A stretch of DNA of 64,000 nucleotides from Styela clava (Eukaryota), in contig NC_135260.1 of assembly GCF_964204865.1 (NCBI RefSeq), positions 11,098,001-11,162,000 of the forward strand. The letters are read 5' to 3'. Every line of letters begins with the position of its first letter. Positions within the stretch are counted from its first letter, which is position 1. The position numbers were made by a program, and so were the translations under genes. A model generated the notes under the pieces. That model saw only the letters and a program-made list of their open reading frames with translations. It was not told the DNA's origin and made no database searches. Shown here in pieces: positions 51,201-64,000 of this stretch.

Positions 51201-54200
51201 TGAAACTTACTCTGCTGAGTGAGAGCATGAGTGTCTTCTGCTTCATTGCAAGTCTGCTTTCGCTATTAAAATAGGCCGAATATGTATTGCTATATCACAA
51301 CAGTAAATAATATAAAACGTTTTGGGCAATACCGATATGTCAACAACATCACAAAAAATGGAGAAAATATTTTTATTCAATTGAAAACAAAAAAATCACC
51401 AATAAATGAGAGGATGAATAAGGTGAAAAAAAACTCACAACTTGAGTAAAGTGAAATATTCTTGAGAAAAGAAATTATTTTATGCTCGTAATTATACATA
51501 AATTAAGTGTATGTAAATAAACACCTTTCTATATGGAAAAACTTTTATCCACTATAAATTCAAGTAGATTATTTAGATACTAAATAAAAAAAACTTACCA
51601 CTGTAAGCTCTGATCTTATCTCCAATTTGCTCTTCTGTCTAGTAAGATTCGGAATAGTAATGGGTGAGTGAGTGCGAGGAGGTGGAGTGAGAATCATTTT
51701 CTCCTCATCAGATAAAACTCCCTCAAATAAATCATCAATCATTTGACAAGCATCTTCCTTTTCAGTTTTTTCTTCTGAAACTGGATGAAAAATAAAAAGT
51801 CATTTAAACAAGATTTTGCTGACTAAGGTATAGAAATAAAACTGTAATCAAGACAGATCAGGACAACTCGTGGGTGCCATGGCCTGGTGGTTACAGCTTT
51901 GGAATCAAATATGTAGTTATCTCGAGTCAAAAATCTTGGGTTGAGACTACTTGCCCACCAGCTCACTCCGGTGCAGTGTGGCACGCATGCAATGCCGAAC
52001 CGGAAAGATTCCAGGCTTTCGAAAATAGTAGCTATTTACATATCAAGAGCTGCTTATACAAGGCCTGATCCTGAACTTCAGAGTTGAGAAGTGAAAATTC
52101 TATATATAAAATACAAATGTCAAAATACACAACTGCAAACAAGCTGATTTTCTCTTTTTTTTATCATTTTCTTCAAGGCTCATTTATCATATACTATTAT
52201 TTCAAGGCTCACAACCTCAAATAGCCATACATATAGTAAATCTAAAACCTAGTAAACTGAGCCTCTACACTCACACTGAGATGGGTAAACTACGAACCGA
52301 AGGCCAAATTGTTGAGATTGCGATTAAATTGTTGTAAATATTGTTCATAAAAAGTAACTTTTTACGTCATACTTACATGGCCCGCCCGTCTAAGTGGGCA
52401 AAATTTTTGGCCCCTGGTCCAAAAACCTTGCCCACCCCTGCTCTACACTTGAGGTATGATGATATTGGATATTTTCCAATTACCAGTTTTGTAACTGCTC
52501 TAACTCACTCAATAACACTAATCTCACTTGTTTTTAACTCGCCTGATACGTTGGCTAACTTCTCTTCAATATCTTCCAAAACTTCATATTCAGAACTACT
52601 GCAGCAAGCAATTGGTAAAGATGGACTGACTACCTTCTTCTCATCTTTCAATAAGAAATGCAATAACAAAATTTTCATACTTAGTTACAAAGACTATCAT
52701 TTCATACTTAGTTACAAAGACTATCATTGGTTAAAATAACCTCATTTGATAAACTAAATTATTTCTAACAATATAATAAAGCAGGGCCCTCAGCCCCCAG
52801 GGCCACAAGCTGGTTCTCTGAGGGCCACGAGCAAAGAACCATTCATGACGACATTAATTCAAGTAAATCAATTTATTTGTATGATTTATCGACCATAATC
52901 CATTTGTTCTTCTACATTTGTTTGTTGGGTTTTTATTATCAAAGTTGCAAATCAACTAAACGATAGAAAACCATAAAAAATAAAACTTAATTTTTGTATT
53001 GAAGGGGGGCACTGATCATGATAGTTTACAATGATAAATATAACAGGTTGTGAGTCATGGAAAGAGATTTTAGTATGAACAAACGGATATAATTACGGTA
53101 ACTAATATTGCAACATGTTAATGATTGAATCTAGATTAAATAAGGTAAATTACTCAATCTTGTGTGAGTCATAACTTAGGCAACAATGGACAAAACATAT
53201 ATTAATAAGAAATTTTCATTGCTCAGTCTCAGATGGTTACCTGCCGAAGCATCCTTTTCGTTAACAGTGCTATCTTCATCTTCATCCTCATCTAAGAGAG
53301 AATCACTGTAACTTAATTCTTGACCATCTTCATCTTCCTCCTCATCCTGATCATCATCTTCCATCACAAGTTTCTCGCAAGCTGATGTGTAGATTTCTTC
53401 ATCACATTGAGCTCTGTAATATTATTAAAACATAAGTTAAAGGATGGTATATTAGTTCATAACAGGAATATTGAATATATTTTATTTGCAAGAATGTTGC
53501 CCTAGTCACTAGTGATTGAAGTGCTAGACTTAACTATGATAGCATTTTAGGTTGATTCAATTCCCATGTTTATAAATTGGATAGGTAGGGAATGACAAAT
53601 ACGGTTCTTCCACAATACGGTAACTCCTTACCTAGCAGTGACTGCTTGTGTAGTGCCTTGTTCAGAGTGAATGTGTTGGCCACAAACAAACCTTAACTAG
53701 GTATCATTTGCTACATTAATTTAGAGTTAAATTGACTGTAATGCGCATTTATTTTTTAATAGTAAACATAGCAAATAAAATATAGAAAACTAAGGTATTT
53801 TTATAAAAAAAGCAGGATTCTGCAAGAACAAATGTTGAAGAGTCTTAGAAGCGGGCCACCCCACAGATCATGGAAGTTTAAGAGATACTGGTGAATCTTT
53901 TAGAAATGTACCAAGATGGTGTACAACTCACAATTTGACTATGCGATTAGTTTATAAAAATGATTTGCTTTCAGGTATCAATTATCATGTTAGTCATCAA
54001 CTTATTACTAATAATGAAACTAATATTATACTATAATTGATTTTCACATTCTATATTCATTCAGTATCACACAGGCAACATACTCGTATATGCAAATAGC
54101 AGGAATCTGCAAATATTGCTCAAGAAATTGAAGAAAACAAAAAAGTAAACCAGTAAAAACTGGTGTAAATTGCAAATGATGCTAACCTTGTTACAATTAG

Positions 54201-57200
54201 TTGTTCAATTGGAATGACAATAGTCATAGTTTTCTCTATATTCAGAACAACACAACACCGATATATTCGCTGCATTGAAACACTGTCACATTGGAATCAT
54301 GAAAACTGTTGTCAAAAGCCTATCATTTCATATTTACTATATGTGCTGATATATGAAGAATATAGGTTTTTCTACTAATTTTAATAAAGATTCTGTCCCT
54401 TCCTGTCCAACAATGTCAGTACATAGAAAATTAAGTTTGCTTGTATATTTTCATGAAAGACACTTCCTGTTTTGTAAGTATGTATGTATGTGCTTCACAA
54501 TAATTTGGGTTTAGTCAAGCTTATTAATGAAATCTAACCTGGTACTTATTTAAATAATGTTGTTTTTACTTTACAGAAAATAACTAGAATAACAAACTAT
54601 TGAAACCTTCCTTGACCTTTCTTTTTAACCAAACTCTCAACACTGAAACTCTTACAGCTAAGCATTGTAAGTTGTAACTAAGCTGTAACACCAATACATT
54701 TACCTATATTCATTATGCAAAGGTAATACTAATCCTAGGTTGAATATAAATGCTCAGTGATTATATGCTTTTATACTTGCACAGATTATCATGGATAATC
54801 CAGACTGCATGAAAATATTTCGAAGCTTGTAGTGAATAAGGTTTTGATTAAAAAGACTTTACCTTCATTTTCATACTAACTAGGCAATTGAAACAATGTC
54901 AATGACAAACTCCAAATTTCTGCTCCTCAATTGTCAATTTTATCAAACATACACTAACAATATTATATTCTTGTTCATGCATGCTGCTAAACTGAATGCC
55001 ATTCAAAATTTCATATCAAAAATTAGTTATGCACAAAGCATTCTTTGAAAAAATGAGCATACAGTTCTAGGATGCAATTATAATGGTCATAACAGTGAAA
55101 CTTTAAGAACTGCAAATTTCAAGACCATTCTTTGTTACTTCTTTCACTATTTTCTATTTCTAACACATCTTCTAATATATATCATAAATTGGGTTATTTA
55201 CCTTCTTTCAGATTGTACAGTACCAAAGTAAAAATTTACTATTTTAATTATCTTCAGCTAATGAACTGAAAATACTCAAGTTCAGTAAAAATTCAAAACT
55301 CTATTTTCCACATTTCTCTGTATAAAATACCGATAATAAAAATTCCTATTTCTGATGAAGCATTCATTTACCAATCTATATCCTTGAATTTGGTGATTGA
55401 TTATAAATTTCCAAATTCTAAAATTCCCTCGTATACAGGTCAAAAGGATGGAATTGATCTTACGATTCGTTGGAACGTGACATTCAAGTATCCTTGGGCT
55501 TTAGTACTTAAACTAAGCTGATCAATATGAACCATGCCTGCTGCTGCTAACAAGCAGGGATGACAATATATCTAAATATTGTATTCAACATAGTCATTAT
55601 TATCGTACTTATTATGATTACTCATTATCATAAGTTGAGACATAAGTTAATACATTTTGGGGAAGACCAAAGTATTTCATTGCAACAAAATTGAAAATTG
55701 ATCATATCAAGAGAATTAGCTAAAAGCAAGGTCAAGCAATTTTACTTAAAAGAGAATCATCTCTGGGCAAAGACTACCGGCAATCATAATGTCAAGTGCT
55801 ACCGAAACTATTAAGATTTATGGTGGTGCAATACTCAACACAACAAATGCCAATTGTCTGAGACTTGAAGTTCAAGGTATTATCTGTTATAATCAGCAAA
55901 GCAGGTATGAGATAGTGGATGCTAAAAACTGAAATCATTGAAAAATTTTTGGGCATAAAAATTTCTTTGCCTGAAAGATAAACATATAATAAACAGTAAT
56001 GACTTTGCAGCAAATGTCATTGTTCATTTCAGCTTTAAAATTGATTTATGAAATACCGGTAAATTATACAAAGATTCACAATTGATACCTGCTGTCATTA
56101 TTATCATCTTCCAAGTATGATCCGTTTTGTTTTAATTCAGTCTGATCATCACATTGTTCTGTAGAATCCATGTCTTTTATTTGATCTTTATCATTTTCAC
56201 AAACTCCCATAATATCGTCGTTATCGTCAACATCATCCAAATTTTCAGCACTAGCTTTTTCAACTGTCGGCGAGGCAGGTTTTATTTCCTCATCGCATTT
56301 ATTTTGGGCCTAAAGTATAATTTTAACAATGATTCAGTTACTGCATTGCGAATATAATTTGTTTCAACAGGTGGCATAACATGTTATGCAATAAGATAAG
56401 CCGTAATGAAATTAATCAGTTCTTGCTAAAGTATGCGAATGATTACATTACTTCACTGTTGCTATTTTCGAGACAATATATTGGGTAATATTCAATGAAA
56501 AATGAGTCTCCATTATTTCTGAGTGAAACCACGCGAACTTGCTTTAAACAGCTCTTAAATAAAGGTATGCGATATGTATGCAAATTTACATTACTTATTT
56601 ACAGCTATGCTGCATGTTATACAAGAGTGCATTCGAATAAATAATCTCAATTCCCAATATTATTTCCTGAACTACATTTATTCTAAAGTTGAACACTCGT
56701 ATAACAAAAAAGACTATATACTACTGTATAGGTGACTAGTTCATCTGACAATCGTGAATGTCACTGTCTATGTTCATTCCCTTCAAGGAAAAAAAAGACA
56801 TGATGCGACACTACTTGTGTATTAATTGATCCATTAATCGTGCAAAAAATATATTAAACACGTCACATGATCAATATTATTAGGATTAAGTTTTTTCCTT
56901 GCGGATTTATTTTGCGTATTGAATGAATGCCATGTTTGGTCGACCGCGACCTTCTACGTGTCATAATAATCAATCATTGACAATCAATTATGATTAGGCA
57001 GTATTAATAAAAACCTAAATATATTATCTGACTAAATTTGATATTTCATGAAACGAAAAATAGTTAGGTTGTTCGTGTCTAGGTAGTAGAGTAAGAAACT
57101 ATAGGTGATTGAAGAAGACATTATTGAATTTCAAAGTAGCTGAATATCGACAAACTAATATACTGAAAACAAATTTTTTCTTTTTTTTTTAATATTAGAT

Positions 57201-60200
57201 ATCGTATATCAAAGCATATTCAAAACAAAATACTGAATTGAGGTATTTAAAAAATAATAATGAATATTTTAGTATTAAAAATTCTTTCACACCAAAGTAC
57301 TTTTTACGCTCCAGAGACAATTAGATTCAAAAATCATTAACACTCTACATACTTCAATCAGTGCTGCAACTTACAAGCTCAACTAAAAGTGTAGATAATA
57401 TTTGAAAAAATTGTCAAATCATACCAATCCGTGGATTTTCATTCCATGTACTTTTCTATTTCTTAATTCTTCCAATTCTTTTTCTCTCTCAGCTCTCGCT
57501 CTCTCCATAATCAAATTTGCAGAACTTGTGTTCATTGCACTGATATCAGCTTCAGTTATTCCGTTACTCTGTGTGTAAAGTTACAACAATTAATTGCATA
57601 ATAAAAGAATAAGTCTACAAGTTGAAGTGCATATCCTTTAATTACATGATAGGTCTTTATTTCAATATACCAGTAAGTAAATCTACATTTTACCATTCTA
57701 GAATATCCTTTTAGGAATATGTTCAAGTTTAACTAAAATTTGTTAGAGATGATTATACGACTCAACTCCTAAATATCCTTAATTAACGATTTTAAATCTC
57801 GGGTTGTAATCCCTTGCCCACTGACTTATTCAGGGTGTAATAAATTAGGTAGTCAATGCTGAACCAGAAAGATTCAAGTCCTTCCAAAACAAAGTAGCTT
57901 CTTACATAATGGTGCAGAGCCATGTTTGGAGGGGAAGGCATATAAATACACCACAAAAAAATTTCAAATATTCCTTATTAGATTTTTTCTATTTATTATT
58001 TGCTTTTACACTCACCTGTAAATCCAGCATTCTTTGCTGCAATGTTTTTGAGCCGGGGGTTGTCTGCTGACCAGATGCATGTGCACTGTTCACAATTATC
58101 GATTGTTTATTTGTTTGCAAAACAGTTTTAGCATTGCCACTTATCCTAAATAAAAGAAAGTTTTAAATATTTACAAACAAATAGAAATGAATGTATCTGA
58201 TAAGGTAATTAATATTTTAATGGATGCGCCGTAGTCCTACAGAGCTTCGTCTATAATAAATTTCATCCACCTATATTTACATGGAAAACGTACGGAAGAG
58301 AATTCATGTTCTATCAGAAATAATATCTTCTGAAGTATCAGTGGCTTACCTACCCAGAGTCAAGGTGTGAAAAGGTCACATAAAAAATAAATTTTGATTT
58401 CTTGGTAAATAATACCTGATTGCAAAATCATGACAGAATGCTTCAGCTTCAGAATGAAGCTTAATCGATAAATCGAATAAGAGATTAATAAAATACATAA
58501 TGACACCGCTCTCTTTTTAAAATGCAATCTCTTTTTAAAATGCAATATGTCTTAACTTTAGATAAGGCTGAGCATTTTGAATTGAATACTAGAACCGAAT
58601 ATTAAATTGTCAAATCGGTGAAGATGAAAATTTTCAACCGACGCCAACTTGTTTTAGGGTGAATCATTCAATTTTTTTTTTGATAAACGATTCTGACATA
58701 TGACACTTTTCCTTCCTAGTTAGTTATTGACGAAACATGTTTCTTATTGTGCACAATACCTCAGCAAACTGACTGAATGATGCTTTCTATGTTTTTAGTA
58801 ATTTATGTATTTGGAGGACCCATTACAATGAAAAAATCACATTCAATTACATGACTTCCAAGTAGTTGAGATTCAATTCGAAAAATAAATTCGTTTCAAT
58901 TTTGAAGTCATCATGTATTTGAAAATGCCCAGTCCTACTTACGATATAACAGACTTGTTTTGTTGTGATTTAGCTGGACTTCTCCTTTCTGCTGCTTTAC
59001 CAACTACAGCAAACTTTGCAAGGCTTTCAATATCCAGATCTCCAGAAGTTTGTCTCACAACCCTGGCTGTAGTATCAACAGGTGCTGAGGCCTTCTGTGG
59101 TTGCACCTTTTCAACCTTAAACAATAGTATATCAGAGATATTAATTCAAATGGCTAACACCAACAGCTGGACATTTTAGAACACGGATCAAAGAATATAG
59201 GTAATTAGTAATGGGAGAGACGAGAGAGGTTTTAGGACTTTAATTGACCATCTATTCTTGTGTTTTGCTTAATGTACCTCTCCCACATATACATGATTTT
59301 GTATGTATGTATACACAATGACTTATTTCAATCCATTTTTAATAGTGTTGCCAATAAGCGCTGGGTCTAAAGAGTCAGAAAAAATTTACAATCAATTTCG
59401 TTTCTTGACTTGGGTTAAGAAGAATGTTGAATGTTGAAAATTTTAAAATAATAGTAAAATTGAATACAACTCACAGGAACAGCATTGACTTGTTGTACTC
59501 TTCCTGTGGGAGGCTTCCAACGAACAGGTGATTTCTCTGGCCTTAGAAGATAGAAACCATAATACCGGGTAATAGAAAATTAATAATAGAAAGTTGAAGT
59601 AATCAATTTAGCAATACACAGACTATTATAGACTACTTTTAATCACTTGATTGATAAACTTACGATTTAGGTGGGTCATGATGAGAAATATCATCCTCCC
59701 ATCCCCTGACACGAGCAGCCAAGGCAGCAAGTCGTTTCTTCCTTCCCTGATGTTCAAGGGATTGTGTTTTCTGTAATTCCGGGGGTGGTGGATGATGAAT
59801 AACTGGTGATGGTAGGTTTTCATCATCATAGCTGATATCATGCCCTTGTTCTAAAATGAAGATACATAATAGGAGTATTATGTCATATCTCTAATTGTAT
59901 TTACATTAAATAAAAAAACAAATAGGGGCAGGGGCCTGCCTAGTGGGTAGAGCGATAGACTTAATTATGACGGACGACAGTATTGCATGTCAAAATCCAA
60001 TCCATCTCCCCCAGCGTCTAACAAATTGGGGAGGTTAACTCGGTTCTTCTAACTATATTAGCTCCCTACTTGGCAGTGATGATTGTACAGAGCCTTGTTC
60101 AGAGTAAATGGCGTATAAATATATCCTATAAAAGACAGTAAATGACAAGGCTTCCAAAATCTTTGCCCTCTCTCTGCGAGTAATAGGTTTGATAATTAAT

Positions 60201-63098
60201 TGTAAGATAGGTTTGGCGGAGTGAAGATATAAAATCCATCCAGTTTTGACCAATAATTAACCATAACTTATTTTGTTCTAAGAAAAACAGAAAGTAAACA
60301 GAAGCAAACTTTTATGGCAATTTATATTCATGTGAATAATAATGTTCAATCTAATGAGATTTTTCAACTTATTTGATTATTTAAAAGCCGTCTAATATCT
60401 AAAATTGTCATATTTTCACTAATTGCTTGCTGGTATTGTAAGAAGAATAAGGCTGATATATAACACATAACAAGAATAGCTTTTGGTAATTCACCTTCAG
60501 CTTCCCATATCTTTCTCTGATTCAATAGTTTTTGCATTCTCTGATTGACATGATGACCAGATTGTCTGGATTTAGATGTTCTTGACTGAATCATGTCTAT
60601 TAACACAATAACAAATATAAAGCATAATATCAATTTTGTATGATATATTGTACACTCTCTAATAGACTTGTATATGAAAGTTCATAATATAATGTACATG
60701 ATTCTTCTACACAAGCTTTTTAAAGTTTTAAATCTTAGCAATTTCTTACTACCACTTGTTTGCTTGGTGAAAGTGAATAAAATCAATAATATAACTTTTT
60801 GAATGAAATTTGCTCAAAGCCGGGTAATGTGCACTCACTCAGCAATTAAGGAGATTTTGAGCAATGTTACAGGGACAACTTAAACGTCACAAGCTACTAT
60901 TGCTTAGAAACTATAGAGTATAATTTTATGTTAGTAAATCCAGAATGACCCGGGACTTATTAAACAGTTCATGTCAATGTGATCAGGAAAACAGCTATGA
61001 ATTAGTGAATTCGACCTAACCGAAGTTTTTGGAAAAACTTTTGGGCATAAAATTTTTTGGTTCGGTAGGTACACTGACTGTGGAACGGTGTGAGTTCATA
61101 CCAAGAACTGATTTTATTAAATTTGGATAAATGAGTGGATAGAAATTTCAAGAAACAAACCAGAGTCCGATGAGCTTCTTTGTTGTAAAATGTTTTCGCT
61201 GTCTTCACAATCGGTTCGAGTTCTTTTATTTGGTGACTCTAAATTGTCTGAAATACAATATACTACCATATTAAATATGGAGCGTCAAAAAAACAATCAA
61301 GAAAAGGGTTGATCATTTCAACACAATCTCCCTCAAATTTAACTTATACTTACCATTGTTTTTCAACTCTTCTGTCCCAGAGCTCATTTTAATAGCTAAA
61401 TTTTCTTCACTATTTTGAGACAGTAACGGCCTTCGTTTTCTCTGAGCTGTGCCTGAATGCTGTTGCATTTTCTGTTGCATCATTTCTTGCCTTGCACGAG
61501 TCCGCTCCACCAACCTCTGTGGACAATTACACATAATATTAAATATTTTAACAATTTTTAATATTTACTTTGTTATACAACTTATATTTACTTGCATTAT
61601 ACATATTGAATGTCAAGCAAAATTATACAAAATAAAAAAAACTCAGGCAAATGTCATCTCACATATCAGCATATAGCCTATAGATATACCATACACAATA
61701 GGGCACAGTTCTTCGATTCCAATATGTCCTGGCATTCGGTTCAATGAAATAAACTCTCTATTTGTCTCTGAAACAAGGGCGTGTGCCATGAAGTGAGATC
61801 ATGAAATCGTTCCATGCTATTTGTCTCGAGAATAATTTAAATAATTGGCAACGTGTGCTGGCCGAAGGTGATCAAAATTGCGATTTTTTGCTAAATGGAA
61901 ATACGCATTCAATGCATACAATATCAAAGATAGTTAAAAATGTAAATAAAGGCACAAAGTGTTATAACGTCAGCAATTCGACATTGCTAACACTACAACA
62001 GATTCCAGTTTCTTCAGTAGATTGTATCTGGATTTATAGAAAATGAGCAAAATATGTCACTTGAGCAAATAAAAGTGTCAAATAGAGAATATTGATGTTT
62101 CCAGTTGTCATTGGAGCACTGAAAAAAATTAAATTACACCCGTTTGTCGCCGTACTATACGCGACATAGCGGACAACCTACTAGTCTTCCAGTAGTCGAG
62201 TTGTCCATAAGCAGATATGTATGCCAATTTTTTTTCCTGCTGCAAATCAAATTATTTTTTTCAGAGCAATCCAATGGTGACGTTTTTAGATCAGTAGATT
62301 GCGCTTCCTTTTAGCTTATTGTGGCATTATGGAGGCCCAGACTGTCTCGTAAATGAGAGGTTGGAACTTGGAACTCACTGTTATAATCGATGTCTTACAG
62401 TCTTATCTTTTATTATGGCAGTATGGCGGATATTCCTGGAATCGGAGAACTGTGCCATACCGCACATAATTTTGTATTCAAGTGGCTGAAGTAAAAATGA
62501 AATTTCTGAATTTTTAACTACAGAACTAATTCTTTATATTGCCGTTTTACAGTATTAAAGGCTGCTCAATAATAATTGGTAATACCTTACATTCTTATTA
62601 CTGTATTAGCCCACAGCCAGACAGAACTACTGAACTAGAATGTGCGATCAATTCCTGAATTCATCAAATTCAGAAATTGCTGAATAGCAAGATAGCCCCA
62701 ACATATTACAGTATTACTGTATTATGGAATTGTTTTCAGTTTTTTGTGTTCTGCCATTGCTTCTACAGTTTTATATCTGTACCGGTCTGACCAGTAGGTA
62801 CGGTACCCCCGGTACCTGTAGTAAATAAACTGCCCAAACAGCTAAAATATAATGCTGTAATGATAGGAAAATTTTATGTTGGAACACCGTCTGTGAGCAA
62901 TAACTGAATCCTGGAATCAGTGAATACTGGAATACCGGTACGATGCTGTAAAAATATGGGAAGGAAAATATCAGAATATCGTAAATACTGAGATAGGACT
63001 CCGAAGTCATTCCTGCATTTGTCGTTTCAAAAAATGCTAATTTAAACATAGATTAGAAAAAAAATAAATGAAAATCATACCTGAGTAAAGTCATCCAT
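42212..63098 (-). CDS. ANLN: Anillin (actin/septin/RhoA cytokinesis scaffold), multi-exon
   Basis: MDDFTQ|[11 protein letters not shown] start; [18 protein letters not shown]; VYTISSYR; [23 protein letters not shown]; anillin-homology domain LRLPL; PH domain [46 protein letters not shown]. Stop TAA at 42212-42214. Not every internal exon boundary was verified. Confidence 0.95.
42440..42542. mobile_element. Tc1/pogo-type MITE
   Basis: TA|CCGTAT...ATACGG|TA termini with internal AATAAGTCG/CGTCTTATT inverted motifs. Confidence 0.6.
46025..46501 (+). mobile_element. hAT Buster/SPIN-type deletion derivative retaining the transposase N-terminus
   Basis: TIRs CAGGAGTTCCCAAAC / GTTTGGGAATCCCTG. Internal PKLDAENRC...ERLYF...VICLLC..*DIRRQYE..H resembles the SPIN/GTF2IRD2-type Zn-binding N-terminus and contains a stop. 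Confidence 0.8.
49010..49305. repeat. Two diverged ~175-bp direct repeats in an anillin intron
   Basis: taact..gctgtcg..cc.ataaag.ata.agcca.gtca...aaagattaat repeats at about 49011 and 49186. Confidence 0.6.
50438..50673. mobile_element. GG-terminal foldback MITE, family A copy 2
   Basis: Same element as 7620-7854; perfect 8-bp TSD AAAAATTG. Confidence 0.9.
51870..52045 (+). mobile_element. SINE family 3; relatives at about 57795-57910 (+) and 4580-4745 (-)
   Basis: TGGCCTGGTGG head; shared GGGTT...GCCCAC..C(T)CAC and ATGC.GAACC.GAAAGATTC..GTAGCT segments. Confidence 0.55.
52673..52726. repeat. Perfect 27-bp tandem duplication
   Basis: tttcatacttagttacaaagactatca occurs twice in tandem. 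Confidence 0.9.
59927..60130 (+). mobile_element. SINE family 2; degenerate copy at about 53495-53680
   Basis: A-box-like GCCTAGTGGGTAGAGCG; shared TAGACTTAA.TATGA and GCAGTGA...GCCTTGTTCAGAGT.AATG segments. Confidence 0.6.
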
Positions 63099-63260
63099 GT
63101 TTTCTGTGACCACCTATGAAAAGAAAATACTCCTATACTGTAAAATTTCTGGCGAAAAAAAAGAATTTTATTCTCAGAAATATGAACAGCGCAAATAGTC
63201 CAAAGCAACACGGGCGATTACGCAGAGCTCTGGCTGCGGGATTGTTTGGTCATAAACACT

Positions 63261-63275
63261 TTTAAACTTCCCGCT
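63261..63275 (-). promoter_or_regulatory. CDE/CHR-like cell-cycle element upstream of anillin
   Basis: The minus strand reads AGCGG-GAAG-TTTAAA (CDE, 4-nt spacer, CHR variant), about 165 bp upstream of the ATG. An NRF1-like TGCACATGCGC is adjacent. Confidence 0.45.
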
Positions 63276-64000
63276 ACTGCACATGCGCGAGATATGGTTG
63301 ACTGAGATTTAGGCGGAGGCGTATGTCGCCGATACGATTGAACTCTTATTTAAACTATAAAGAAAAGCTGACATATATTTTTAAATAATAGATATTTATA
63401 TTTTTTTATGAAATAGAAATACAGTTTATTGTATCTTATCTACGTTCGTTTTGAACGCTAGATAGATTGTTATTGTATATAAAACCTTTACCAATAATTT
63501 AATCCGCTTGATGGCAATGTTGAGAAAGAACACCACGGGAATGAATTGAAAAATGACGGGATGCTTGGGTCATATACACCTCAATGACCTTTCCCCGAGC
63601 ACCGGCTTCCTCGTTTACTTCGTGACATTAGCCAATCAGCAAATTGCAAAAAGTGACGTAACAATGCTCCCTTTTCGCATCCGCTCAGACGCTTTTCTCA
63701 CTCAGACAGATTTTCAAGCGTGGTCGCAAACATTACCTCGTTTTCGCATTTTTAAACTCTATTCGTTAGTTTTCAGTTGTGTTTTGGAAACTTAAATGTA
63801 AATCAGATAATTCAATGGTCACCCTGTCTTCCTAGGAGTTTTAATTTAATTGCAGTTATAAAAATTAGTGTAGAAATAGCTGTGATAGACTAGGCTAAAA
63901 TTCTTTAACGGTACTTTTAAAAAACAGATTGTTGTATGCGATGAATCATAATGATGGTTTGAAACACATACCCCATTTCACAGGCGCCAACTCGCAAAAG

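Noticed and set aside
59927-60010. tRNA gene
   Set aside because: It has an A-box-like start but no cloverleaf, and it continues into a repeated SINE body.

Overview
AT-rich eukaryotic genomic DNA with GT-AG introns, most likely from an ascidian tunicate. That assignment is an inference from compact co-directional gene packing, intronless housekeeping genes, the SINE/MITE landscape and an orphan 7TM gene type. Left to right: a minus-strand cluster of five co-directional genes (ACTL6 > COX18 > PrimPol-1 > PrimPol-2 > NUP188, the last running off the left edge) that looks like an SL-trans-spliced operon, with intronless CDSs in the first four; a divergent RACK1 with an intronless CDS and a TOP-like 5' exon; a 12-exon DHCR24-family sterol reductase; a ~3.4 kb tandem duplication carrying one intact and one frameshifted orphan 7TM gene; and a ~21 kb anillin gene with a CDE/CHR-like promoter. 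Many MITEs (several with 8-bp TSDs) and at least three SINE families are scattered throughout. The most novel signal is a tandem pair of diverged PrimPol paralogues that both keep their catalytic motifs. The second lacks the N-terminal helix and one RPA-binding-like motif and has an acidic residue at the human Y89-equivalent position. All homology calls are from recalled protein sequences; no database searches were run.
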